This document shows, one piece after another, positions 18,780 to 27,808 of a stretch of DNA of 64,000 nt. The stretch lies in NCBI GenBank assembly GCA_050951365.1, contig JBMNIX010000011.1, positions 8,845-72,844 on the forward strand, given 5' to 3'. This DNA comes from a bacterium. Lineage in GTDB: Bacteria > Bacillota > DTU030 > DUMP01. A program made the translations under genes and the position numbers. The notes under the pieces were generated by a model. That model was not told the origin of the DNA and did no database searches. It saw only the letters and a program-made list of their open reading frames with translations. Within the stretch, counting starts at the first letter, position 1; each line of letters starts with the position of its first letter.

Positions 18780-19682
18780 CTACTCCTTAAGCTTTGGATC
18801 CAGAATATCGCGAAGTCCGTCGCCCAGTAGGTTTAATCCCAATGCGAGCACCAGTATTGCCAGCCCAGTGTACGTGGTCAGATGCGGCGCCACCAGGATG
18901 TACTCGCGGCCCTTGGCCAACATAGTCCCCCACTCTGGCGAAGGCGGTTGAGCGCCCAGACCCAGAAAACCCAAGCCAGCTGCGGTGAGAATAGCTGAGC
19001 TAACGTTAAGGGTGCTCCAAACGATCAGAGGTGAGATGATGTTGGGTAAAATGTGCCACGTTATGATCCAAGTATCGTTAGCTCCCATGGCTCTAGCCGC
19101 CTCAATATACTCTTGGTTCTTGATTCCCAAAACCTCACCTCGGGCCAAACGCGCAAAAGCTGGGATAGTAAATACAGCAACAGCTATGACAGCATTCTGC
19201 AGATTGGGTCCCAGGATACTCACGATCACAATAGCCAAGAGAATACTGGGAAAAGCCATCAAAACATCAATGGCACGCATTAGTAAATTATCAAGTGTGC
19301 CGCCGTAGTAGCCTGCTATGATGCCGAGAGGTACACCAATGAGGGCAGCCAGGGCCACAGTTACCAATCCGACCATGAGTGAGATACGCGACCCGTAAAG
19401 AATTCGGCTGAAGATATCGCGCCCCAGCTCATCTGTACCCAGGAGGTGATCCCCACCCGGCTTCGCCAGGATAGCGCTGAAGTCTGGGGTGTAAGGGTCA
19501 TAGGGTGCAAGCCACGGCGTCAAAATCGCCACAATTATGCAGCTCAGCACAATAACGAGCCCGGCCACGGCAACAGGTCGCTTTTTAAAGCGATACCACT
19601 GCCGTGACAGTTCCCGGCGGGTGGCAGGGCTTAACCAAGCACGCCTCGCCGTGGGCTGCTGAGATGTCTGTACTTGAGGCAT
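18780..19682 (-). CDS. ABC peptide transporter permease (DppC/OppC-like)
   Basis: 300-aa permease with the N-terminal OppC-type region and the EAA-loop motif YIEAARAMGA. Confidence 0.8.
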   Translation of the reverse strand: MPQVQTSQQPTARRAWLSPATRRELSRQWYRFKKRPVAVAGLVIVLSCIIVAILTPWLAPYDPYTPDFSAILAKPGGDHLLGTDELGRDIFSRILYGSRISLMVGLVTVALAALIGVPLGIIAGYYGGTLDNLLMRAIDVLMAFPSILLAIVIVSILGPNLQNAVIAVAVFTIPAFARLARGEVLGIKNQEYIEAARAMGANDTWIITWHILPNIISPLIVWSTLNVSSAILTAAGLGFLGLGAQPPSPEWGTMLAKGREYILVAPHLTTYTGLAILVLALGLNLLGDGLRDILDPKLKE

Positions 19683-19703
19683 CAGAGTCTCCCCCTTTAT
19701 CCT

Positions 19704-20624
19704 CTAACTGTAACGAATCCGCGGGTTGACATACGCGTAAAGGAGGTCAACCAGTAGATTGATGATAACAAAGGATGCCGCTACCACTAAGATGGCTGCC
19801 TGCACTGTAGGAAAATCCCGTGCCTTTATGCTTTCCACCGCCAAGCGACCGATGCCCGGTAGAGCAAAAACCGTCTCAGTGATTACGGCACCGCCCAATT
19901 GATGGCCAAACTGGACACCAATAACTGTGATGACAGTGTTCATGGCGTTGCGCAGGGCGTGCTTAAAGATGATAACGCGCTCTGGCAGCCCCTGCGCTCT
20001 GGCCGTCAGAATATAATCCTGCCCCATCACTTCAAGCATACTGGACCGGGTCATACGCGCGATCATGGCCAAGGGCCGCGCAGCCAAGGTTAGTGCTGGC
20101 AAAACAATACCTGTCCAGGATTCAAGGCCCATCAGGGGGAACCACCCTAACCGTACCGAAAAGAAGAGCATCAACATAAGGCCCAGATAAAAGGGCGTGA
20201 TGGAGATACCGATCAAGGCTATCACCATCGTAGCATTGTCGTAAATGGAGTAGCGCCTGGTAGCGGAAATTATGCCGGACGTCAAACCTATAATGGTAGC
20301 AATAACAATCGATATTACGCTCAGTCTTATGGTGTTTAGAAACCGGAAACCAATCTCCGTGGACACTGGCCGCCCGGTACGGATGGACGTCCCAAAATCA
20401 CCTCTAAGGGCTTTACTGGCCCAAGCTATATACTGTTCATGCAGCGGTCTATCAAGTCCAAGGCTACGCCGTACGTTCTCGATATCCTCCGGTTGTGCTC
20501 CTTCGCCGGCAATGACCTCTGCAGGATCACCGGGCATCATATGGATCATGGAAAAGATGAGGATTGATACCACCAGGAGCAGTGGTATCAGCATGAGGAG
20601 ACGGCGGAGGGCATATTTGAGCAT
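19704..20624 (-). CDS. ABC peptide transporter permease (DppB/OppB-like)
   Basis: MLKYALRRLLMLIPLLLVVSILIF... is the canonical DppB/OppB N-terminus; 306 aa. Confidence 0.8.
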   Translation of the reverse strand: MLKYALRRLLMLIPLLLVVSILIFSMIHMMPGDPAEVIAGEGAQPEDIENVRRSLGLDRPLHEQYIAWASKALRGDFGTSIRTGRPVSTEIGFRFLNTIRLSVISIVIATIIGLTSGIISATRRYSIYDNATMVIALIGISITPFYLGLMLMLFFSVRLGWFPLMGLESWTGIVLPALTLAARPLAMIARMTRSSMLEVMGQDYILTARAQGLPERVIIFKHALRNAMNTVITVIGVQFGHQLGGAVITETVFALPGIGRLAVESIKARDFPTVQAAILVVAASFVIINLLVDLLYAYVNPRIRYS

Positions 20625-20720
20625 ACTGTCACCCTCTTTGAGATATTTGAGAAAGGGGCCCCTGGCTGTATTGCAATGCGGCCAGGGGCCATATATACAT
20701 TTTGCAGGAGCTTGATCTAG

Positions 20721-22292
20721 CTACTGCTTCTTGGCATAGCGCAGGTCAACAAACTCGTTGGGCCAGATAAACTCTCCGCTGACGCTCTTATTCTTAGCGA
20801 CAATCTGTTTTTCGTAGTACAGAGAAGCCCACGGCAACTGTTCTTGTATCTTCTCCTGCATCTTCTGCAACACTTCAAGTCGCTTCTCCTGGTCCACTGT
20901 GCGCCGCTGCTCGGCCACCAGCGCATCAATCTCTGGATCGGACATGAAAGAGTAGTTGAGAGAACCACCTGTCACCCAACAAATCTGTGCAGTAAAGTCG
21001 AGATCGCCAGCAGGGGAACCTTTACCCACCATGAAGAGCTGAGTTTCCTCACCCTTCTTAAGCATGTCAGAGTAAATTGACCAGTCTAAAGTCTGCAGAT
21101 CAGCCTTGATACCAACCTGTGCCAGTTGGGCCTGAATAGCCTCTGCCACCTGTTTGTCCATGTTGTATCGGCCAAATGGCGCGTGGAACTTGATCTCAAG
21201 ACCGTTGGGATAACCGGCTTCGGCCAGGAGCTGTTTCGCTTTCTCAGGGTCATAGTCGTAGGTGGGAAGATCCTTGGATGCACCAGGGATGCTGGTCGCC
21301 TCAGGGCCAATTGCTATCTCAGCCGTTCCGAGGAGAATGTTGTCGATAATGGCCTGACGATCAATGGCATGATTCAAGGCCTGCCGCACCCGGACATCGT
21401 CAAAGGGTTTATTCTTGAAGTTCATTCCAAGATAGATGGTACGGAAACCAGGAATAAGGTCAACCTGCAGATTGGGGGCCTTTTCTAATTGCTCAATCTG
21501 GAAGGGCGGCACGTTACTGATAATATCCACCTCGCCCGTCTGCAGGGCCATGACACGAGTGGTGTTTTCCGGGATTACCTTGAAGACGATGGTCTTGGTA
21601 GGCGGCTTTTCGCCCCAGTAGTCCTCGAAACGTTCAAACACCATCTTCTCACCCGGCAGCCAATCCTTTAACACATAGGGGCCAGTACCGGCTGGATGCG
21701 TTGCATAGTCCTTGCCGTACTCGTCAATGGCCTTGGGGCTGAGAATCGCGGCATTGTAAGTGGCCAACTGCGAAAGGAACGGCCCAAAGGGTTCTTCTGT
21801 TGTAAGGGCAATAGTGTAGGGATCCACTATCTCCATATCAGTGATCATTGACAGGATGGAGCGACGCGGTGAACCTAAGTCTGGGTCCAGAATCCGTTCG
21901 AAAGATTTCTTCACTGCCTCGGCATTGAAGTCCGCACCATCATGGAACTTAATGCCTTCTCTGAGCTTGAAGGTCCAGGTTTTTCCATCAGGAGAGGTCT
22001 CCCAGCTCTCGGCTAATCTGCCGACAATGTCCATGTTCTTATCCCAGGTCACCAAGGTCTCATGAACGTGCATGACAGCATTGGCGGTGGGGACGTTATC
22101 CACCATCTGTGGATCCATTGTCCGCGCATCGACACCAACACCGTAAGTCAAGGTATCACTGACTGTGCCTGCTGCAACGCCACCACCTGGCTGATCAGCA
22201 GGAGTTTGCTGCTGGCCACCACCGGAGGAACACCCGGCAAGCAGTAGGATCATAACCATGGCTAAGGCAAACCACTTAGCAGCATGTTTCAT
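20721..22292 (-). CDS. ABC peptide transporter substrate-binding lipoprotein (family 5 SBP)
   Basis: ATG 22292 (RBS GAGGAGGG) gives MKHAAKWFALAMVMILLLAGCSS, which contains a lipobox. The body resembles DppA/OppA family 5 binding proteins. Confidence 0.8.
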   Translation of the reverse strand: MKHAAKWFALAMVMILLLAGCSSGGGQQQTPADQPGGGVAAGTVSDTLTYGVGVDARTMDPQMVDNVPTANAVMHVHETLVTWDKNMDIVGRLAESWETSPDGKTWTFKLREGIKFHDGADFNAEAVKKSFERILDPDLGSPRRSILSMITDMEIVDPYTIALTTEEPFGPFLSQLATYNAAILSPKAIDEYGKDYATHPAGTGPYVLKDWLPGEKMVFERFEDYWGEKPPTKTIVFKVIPENTTRVMALQTGEVDIISNVPPFQIEQLEKAPNLQVDLIPGFRTIYLGMNFKNKPFDDVRVRQALNHAIDRQAIIDNILLGTAEIAIGPEATSIPGASKDLPTYDYDPEKAKQLLAEAGYPNGLEIKFHAPFGRYNMDKQVAEAIQAQLAQVGIKADLQTLDWSIYSDMLKKGEETQLFMVGKGSPAGDLDFTAQICWVTGGSLNYSFMSDPEIDALVAEQRRTVDQEKRLEVLQKMQEKIQEQLPWASLYYEKQIVAKNKSVSGEFIWPNEFVDLRYAKKQ

Positions 22293-22335
22293 TTTGGCTG
22301 TTACCCTCCTCGAAAATGTTACTTGTGTATCGCGG

Positions 22336-23106
22336 TCACTCTTCGGCTCCGGCCGCAATTTCTGCCTGCCGATTCACCTCCTTTCGTTTCGCACCTACTT
22401 TCAAATCGCTCAACTCTTGACTACGTTTCGTATCGAGACGTAGATTTGCAAGGTGGGCCTCTAGTCTCTGCACCGCTAGCTCGGGGTCACGGGCAGCAAT
22501 GGCTTCATATATCTTTTTGTGTTCATGGATGGACTGCTGGCGTTGCTCTTCCGTTCTGGGCACATTACGATAGAGTTCGTTGATGAGCTGGGTTAGGGCC
22601 TCGAAAAGAGGAGTCGCAAAGGTATTATGGGCGCATATCGCCACACCGAGATGAAAGTTTGCCCCAGACTGAACCAATTCTTCTACCGTTCCTGAATGGG
22701 CAACCTTTTCCACCAGCTCGCGCAGCATTTCCAAATCTTTTTCATCCGCACGTAGTGCCGCAAGGCGCACCAAACCACGTTCTATAATCAGCCTCAGCTC
22801 GGTGAGCGCTTCAAGAGGCCTTTCTTCAAAATTGAACAAGAACTCGAGCTGCGCCTTTATGCCACGCTGGAGATCGTTGCAGACAAAACAACCCTTCCCC
22901 TGCACAACCTCAATGATTCCTTTTTCTTCTAAAGCCCGCAGCGCCTCCCGGACAGATGATCGTCCCACACCTAGTTGCTCAGCTAGCTCTTTTTCAGTAG
23001 GAAGTCGACTACCTGGTTCCAAGTTGCCGCCTATTATCAGTTGTTCGATCTCGTTTCTTACCAACTGGGCAAGACCAGTGGGTCGACCAACTGGCTTTAG
23101 GCGCAT
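22336..23106 (-). CDS. GntR-family (FadR-subfamily) transcriptional regulator
   Basis: The winged-HTH LPTEKELAEQLGVGRSSVREALRALEEKGII is followed by an all-helical FCD-like C-domain. It is the first gene of the minus-strand transporter operon and is divergent from 23332..27105. Confidence 0.8.
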   Translation of the reverse strand: MRLKPVGRPTGLAQLVRNEIEQLIIGGNLEPGSRLPTEKELAEQLGVGRSSVREALRALEEKGIIEVVQGKGCFVCNDLQRGIKAQLEFLFNFEERPLEALTELRLIIERGLVRLAALRADEKDLEMLRELVEKVAHSGTVEELVQSGANFHLGVAICAHNTFATPLFEALTQLINELYRNVPRTEEQRQQSIHEHKKIYEAIAARDPELAVQRLEAHLANLRLDTKRSQELSDLKVGAKRKEVNRQAEIAAGAEE

Positions 23107-23120
23107 ACACCAACCCCCCT

Positions 23121-23146
23121 ATCTGAATTCAGATCATCAGATATGC
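23121..23146. promoter_or_regulatory. candidate operator: 14-bp perfect palindrome ATCTGAATTCAGAT plus adjacent TCATCAGATATGC repeat
   Basis: Seen directly at 23121-23134 (palindrome) and 23134-23146. It lies 15 nt upstream of the GntR gene start, and the same 13-mer recurs at 23288-23300. Confidence 0.4.
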
Positions 23147-23287
23147 TCCCGAATTGAGAGTTATATTCGCCACGTGAGCTTAAATTCCCTCTCCAAAATC
23201 CAAAACAATTCCTATAAACTTTTTTTCTTTAGGCTAGTACCAGCAGGAAAACGGGACCCACTGGCCAATATATCACTTAAGATCATG

Positions 23288-23300
23288 TCATCAGATATGC
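23288..23300. promoter_or_regulatory. second copy of the TCATCAGATATGC motif, upstream of the M20 peptidase operon
   Basis: Exact 13-nt repeat of 23134-23146, about 30 nt upstream of ATG 23332. Confidence 0.4.
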
Positions 23301-23331
23301 CTAAAAGTTTCAAGCACTGAGGAGGGAACAC

Positions 23332-24699
23332 ATGAGTCTCGCTCACGTTTACAGTTACATTGATAGCCAGCGTGAAGTATTCCTGGAAGATCTTTTCCAA
23401 CTGCTACGGCAAAGGAGTATCAGCACACAGGACGATGGCGTCCAGGAATGTGCTGAGCTTCTTGCGCGCCAGATGCGTGAAGCTGGAATTGAAGCCACTG
23501 TCATGCCGACACCACGCCACCCAATAGTCTACGGCGAGGTTGGCCCCGACGGGGCACCAACCATCCTGATCTACGGCCATTACGACGTGCAGCCGCCTGA
23601 ACCGCTGGAACTCTGGGAGAGTGATCCGTTCAACCCGGTTATCCGCGACGGAAAGATTTTCGCTCGGGGCGCCTCCGACAACAAGGGGCAGCTCTTTGCC
23701 CACGTGAAGGCCGTTCAAGCCTACCTTAAGGTTTTGGGCAAGCTTCCTCTCAAGGTAAAGTTTATCTTTGAGGGTGAGGAAGAGATTTCCAGCCCTAGCT
23801 TGGAACCCTTTGTGGCCAGTCACAAAGACTTGCTCAAGACAGACGTCTGTATCTTTTCCGATAGTCACGTCCAGGAAAATGGTCGTCCTTTAGTGGTGCT
23901 AGGACTTAAAGGTATGCTCTACGTACAGATCACACTTAAAGGTGCCAACCGCGACCTACACTCCATGCGAGCCGCTGCAGTTCCGAGCCCGGTCTGGCGG
24001 CTGATCCATCTCCTATCTACTCTTCGTGGCGAGGACGGCCTTGTACGCATCCCTGGATTCTACGATGATGTTCGCCCCCTCCTGCCTGAGGAAATCGCCG
24101 CCGTTGAGGCCATACCCTGCGATAAGGACGCTCTGTGCGCTGATCTTGGCATCCCAGCTCTGCTGCAAAATCGCAATGGCGACGATTACTACAAGAACAT
24201 GATTTTTGAGCCCACCTGCAATATCGCTGGCCTTAAGGCAGGTTACCAGGGAGTTGGTGCTAAGACTGTGCTCCCCTGCACCGCCACAGCCAAACTGGAC
24301 CTGCGCCTGGTGCCAGACCAGAAACCTGAACGGATACTAGAGTTACTAAAAGACCACCTGGCTAAGAACGGTTACGCCGACGCCGAGATCGAACCACTTG
24401 GCTTCTTGACACCATCACGCACCCCAATCACCCATCCACTTGTGGAGGTAGCACGGGACGCGGTGGCCGACGCCTACGGTGTAGACCCATACATTTATCC
24501 TGGTATCGGCGGTGCTGGCCCGAACTACATCTTTGAGAAACACCTCGGCGTGCCCTGCATAACCATCCCCTTCGCTGCTGCTGACCAGAACAATCACGCC
24601 CCCAACGAAAGTATGATCGTGGACGGCTATTTCAACGGTATTAAGACCGGAGCCTCCCTTATCCACCAGATTGCCGCCTTCTACGCCGCGAAAAAATAA
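23332..24699 (+). CDS. M20-family metallopeptidase (dipeptidase-like)
   Basis: ILIYGHYDVQPPEPLELWESDPF...RGASDNKGQL...FEGEEEISSPSL are M20A dipeptidase motifs; 455 aa. Confidence 0.8.
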   Translation: MSLAHVYSYIDSQREVFLEDLFQLLRQRSISTQDDGVQECAELLARQMREAGIEATVMPTPRHPIVYGEVGPDGAPTILIYGHYDVQPPEPLELWESDPFNPVIRDGKIFARGASDNKGQLFAHVKAVQAYLKVLGKLPLKVKFIFEGEEEISSPSLEPFVASHKDLLKTDVCIFSDSHVQENGRPLVVLGLKGMLYVQITLKGANRDLHSMRAAAVPSPVWRLIHLLSTLRGEDGLVRIPGFYDDVRPLLPEEIAAVEAIPCDKDALCADLGIPALLQNRNGDDYYKNMIFEPTCNIAGLKAGYQGVGAKTVLPCTATAKLDLRLVPDQKPERILELLKDHLAKNGYADAEIEPLGFLTPSRTPITHPLVEVARDAVADAYGVDPYIYPGIGGAGPNYIFEKHLGVPCITIPFAAADQNNHAPNESMIVDGYFNGIKTGASLIHQIAAFYAAKK

Positions 24700-24716
24700 A
24701 TTCGAGGTGAAAAAAG

Positions 24717-25427
24717 ATGTTAGTTGATGAAACAAAATGTGTGGCCTGTGGTAATTGTATTGATTACTGCCCTATGAATGCCATCTCTTTGACCGCAGAG
24801 TGTGCCGCTGTGGATCAAGCAGAGTGCGTGGAATGTGGCGTCTGCCTTCGCTCGGAGTGCTGCCCCACCGGAGCCCTCTACCGTCCAGAGCTTAACTACC
24901 CGCGGGACATCGCCTGCTTCTTCTCGGACCCAGAGGCTACACACCCCTCTACTGATGTGCCTGGACGTGGCACGGAAGAGATGAAAACTAACGAGGTAAC
25001 TGGACGCTTCCCGCCTGGCATGGCCGCGATCGCAATTGAACTGGGGCGACCTGGCATTGGAACGCGCTTCACTGATGTGGAAAAGGTAGCACGCGCCATG
25101 GCTGAGTTCGGCGTGGAGTTCGAGCCACAAAACCCCGTCACCGCTCTCATGATAGACAAGCGAGCAGGTACACTCCCTGATGATCTAAAGCCTGTTAAGG
25201 TTCTCTCGGCCATTGTTGAGTTTGGTGCACCACTGGAAAAGGTGCCAGCCATTCTTCAGCGTCTGAAAGAGGTAGAAGGAGAACTGGAAACCGTTTTTAG
25301 CCTGGATCTGGCTGCCCGTGTTCCGGAGGATGGTTCTCTCCCCTTTGCGGGGCTAGAACTCCCCTACCCGCTTTCCATCAACGGCAAGACCAACGTCGGC
25401 CTGGGTAAACCACGCTTTCGGGAGTAG
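24717..25427 (+). CDS. 2x[4Fe-4S] ferredoxin domain fused to an uncharacterised domain (module copy 2, subunit A)
   Basis: CVACGNCIDYCP and CVECGVCLRSECC, then GRGTEEMKTNEVT, FGVEFE, KVLSAIVEF, KTNVGLGKP. Collinear paralog of 6999..7721. Confidence 0.8.
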   Translation: MLVDETKCVACGNCIDYCPMNAISLTAECAAVDQAECVECGVCLRSECCPTGALYRPELNYPRDIACFFSDPEATHPSTDVPGRGTEEMKTNEVTGRFPPGMAAIAIELGRPGIGTRFTDVEKVARAMAEFGVEFEPQNPVTALMIDKRAGTLPDDLKPVKVLSAIVEFGAPLEKVPAILQRLKEVEGELETVFSLDLAARVPEDGSLPFAGLELPYPLSINGKTNVGLGKPRFRE

Positions 25428-25439
25428 GAGGTTACAGCC

Positions 25440-26063
25440 ATGACACACACACTACACCGTCAAGGGACTGCAGAAAACCTTGCCCATGACTTTTGCGTCC
25501 TGGCCATTTCCGCTCAAGGGATCAACAGCGCCGGTTCAGGCGAAAAGCTGCAGGCAATAAAAGAAATCTTTTTAAAGCACAACCCTGTAAACATCGGTGA
25601 CATTAAGCGCGGCAATATGTACAACCCTAGCACGGAGCACGTAATGGCCGCAACCCAAGACGGTACCGTGGTTCATGCCGTCTACCGTGACCGGGAGACC
25701 TTGATTGCAGTGCTGCGAGACTTAAAAGACGCCGACACCGGCATCTCCATTGTCGTCTCGGGACTTTTCGATCACGTAGGAGAATGTTGCCAGCAGGCGG
25801 GACTAAAACCCCACACCATTGAGTACTCACTAGGGGTTCACGGTGCCGTGGAGCGCCTGCCGGAGCGAAGCATTACTGAAATAACCACCATGTGCGGCCA
25901 CGGGCAGGTCTCCTTTAACCTAGTCCGGCGGATGGTACGAGAAATCGAAGCTGGCCGGAGAACAGCTGAGGACGCCGGAAAAGAACTCGCCCGCCAGTGC
26001 ATCTGCGGTATCTTTAACCCGAAGCGGGCGGAAGAACTACTACTGAAACTAGCTTCAAAGTAA
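25440..26063 (+). CDS. uncharacterised Cys-containing MTHTLHR protein (module copy 2, subunit B)
   Basis: 207 aa, 12 nt after subunit A. Collinear paralog of 7755..8384, with conserved EITTMCGH and CICGIFNPKRA. Confidence 0.8.
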   Translation: MTHTLHRQGTAENLAHDFCVLAISAQGINSAGSGEKLQAIKEIFLKHNPVNIGDIKRGNMYNPSTEHVMAATQDGTVVHAVYRDRETLIAVLRDLKDADTGISIVVSGLFDHVGECCQQAGLKPHTIEYSLGVHGAVERLPERSITEITTMCGHGQVSFNLVRRMVREIEAGRRTAEDAGKELARQCICGIFNPKRAEELLLKLASK

Positions 26064-26118
26064 CCTTTTAGGACAGCCATGATCAAGCGTAGAAACTCGG
26101 TGCAAAGGAGTGAGGCAA

Positions 26119-27105
26119 GTGACTGTGGTAACCAAGGCGGCGGTTCTCAAGGGCCCATATGACATCGAGCTTACCGAGCGGGAACTTGTCTGCGGCGAAA
26201 CCGAGGTCATCGTGAAGAATCACCTAGTTGGCATCTGTGGTTCCGACAAGAACTTTTACCGTGGCCAGTTGCCCCCCAAGACAGCTGAGTTCCGCCAAGA
26301 ACCTGGCTTCCCTTTCCTCCTAGGCCATGAAAGTGGCGGCACCGTGGTAGAGGTGGGTTCTCGTGTCCACGAATACAAGGTTGGCGACAAGGTCATGGCC
26401 TTTGGCTGGAACAACAACCTGGCTGAGTACTTTAAGGCTCCGGTTGAGGAGGTACAACTTGTCCCGGAAGGCCTGGACATGGACCTGGCCAGCCTGGGTG
26501 AACCCATCGGCTGTGCAATGTTTGCAGGCTTAGAAGCAGGAGTAAAGTTGGGTGACACGGTGGCCGTGTTCGGCGCTGGTTTCGCCGGGCAGGTGATCGC
26601 CCAGTGTGCTCGGGCCGCTGGAGCCTATCGCGTAGTGGTTATCGACGTTTGCACTGGCAAGCTTCAGCTGGCCAAGCAATTGGGAGCTCACGTGGCGGTT
26701 AACGCGGCAACTGACGATCCTGTCCAAGTGATAAAGGATCTCACTCACGGACACGGTGCCGACATCGTGGTGGAGGCAGCAGGCACAGAAACAGCCATCA
26801 ACCAGGCCACTCAGGCCCTATGCCACGGCGGAAAGTTTGTTTTCTACAGCTGGGTGACCACCCCAGTACGGCTGGACATTTCACGCTGGCATGACGATGG
26901 CTTTACCTTTGTGAACGCCTGCCTGGTGCACCACAGCCGTGAAGAACGCCAGGTGTGGGCCCCGCGGGCCCTGCGTCCTGTGATCCAAGGGCTGGTTAAG
27001 ATCCATCCTCTCATCACCCACGAGTTCAAGGTGGAAGAGATTAAAGAAGCCTTCGCTTTCGTCGCCCAGGACGAGACGGCGGTGAAGGTAGTCTTAAGAC
27101 CCTAG
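26119..27105 (+). CDS. Zn-dependent medium-chain alcohol/polyol dehydrogenase
   Basis: GICGSD, GHESGGTVVEVG and GAGFAGQV (Rossmann) motifs. GTG 26119 is well spaced from RBS AAAGGAG; GTG 26110 is the alternative start. Confidence 0.8.
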   Translation: MTVVTKAAVLKGPYDIELTERELVCGETEVIVKNHLVGICGSDKNFYRGQLPPKTAEFRQEPGFPFLLGHESGGTVVEVGSRVHEYKVGDKVMAFGWNNNLAEYFKAPVEEVQLVPEGLDMDLASLGEPIGCAMFAGLEAGVKLGDTVAVFGAGFAGQVIAQCARAAGAYRVVVIDVCTGKLQLAKQLGAHVAVNAATDDPVQVIKDLTHGHGADIVVEAAGTETAINQATQALCHGGKFVFYSWVTTPVRLDISRWHDDGFTFVNACLVHHSREERQVWAPRALRPVIQGLVKIHPLITHEFKVEEIKEAFAFVAQDETAVKVVLRP

Positions 27106-27106
27106 G

Positions 27107-27166
27107 TAAAAAAAGAGGATCCCGGCTACGTTGTGCTGCAAGGCACTCGCAGTCGGGATTTTTTTA
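27107..27166. terminator. bidirectional terminator between the ADH gene and the C_GCAxxG gene
   Basis: An A7 tract, then an imperfect hairpin ATCCCGGCT...AGTCGGGAT, then a T7 tract. Confidence 0.55.
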
Positions 27167-27613
27167 CGCCAGCAGCTTGGTTACTAGCACCGCCGCCGTC
27201 TCAACAAAACGCTGACACTTGATCCGGCGCTCGGGGTCGTCCTTGAATCTCTTCTCGCCCTCCGGGCTGCGCAGGTCATAGCCGGTAAGTTCCCGGCAGA
27301 GAAGTTTCCCGTGCTCCCCTTGAAAGCCAGCAATGAATTCCCTCATCTTGCTGCGTACACGGTCGTAGGCTTCCTTGTCCCCGGCCTGTTCACGTCCACC
27401 CCACAAGCCTACCAAGAGTGCAGCTCCGCTGATAACACCGCAGACCTCGCCTTGGCCGCCCACCCCACCGCCAAAAGATGTGGCCAGGGCTGAAGGTAGG
27501 TCTAACCCCATTTGCAGTGCCTCCCGGGCACCTAAGAAAACTGCTTCAGCTCAACTGTATCCGGCTATGAAATAGTCAGCTGCCACCTCTCTGGCCTGTT
27601 GACTTGGCTCCAT
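27164..27613 (-). CDS. C_GCAxxG_C_C-family putative redox protein with in-frame TGA (codon 21) at the first conserved Cys position: candidate selenoprotein
   Basis: ATG 27613 (RBS GAGGAGG) gives MEPSQQAREVAADYFIAGYS-TGA-AEAVFLGAREALQMGLDLP..., in frame with ORF 27164..27511. That ORF carries GEVCGVISGA, LLCRELTG and IKCQRF. The family consensus here is GYNCAQAV. Confidence 0.6.
27516..27532 (-). other. candidate bacterial SECIS hairpin
   Basis: On the mRNA strand, GGUGCC-CGGGA-GGCACU forms 6 bp with a G-containing loop. It starts 18 nt after UGA (27553..27551). Confidence 0.4.
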
Positions 27614-27808
27614 ACTGCTGCCTCCTCAATTTTTAATAAAATTAACCTTCAATTCTGCGCCCAAAGTGGATTCTCCTACCTTGTCTAGGAATTATCCTTT
27701 TTAATGTTACATTTTTTTCTTAGGAAGAAAGCGCTCGTCTTTCCTATAGTTTATGCTCAAAAAAACTCAGCCGGTGGGAAAAATACTAGCAGGAGGTGCA
27801 CAGCAAAA

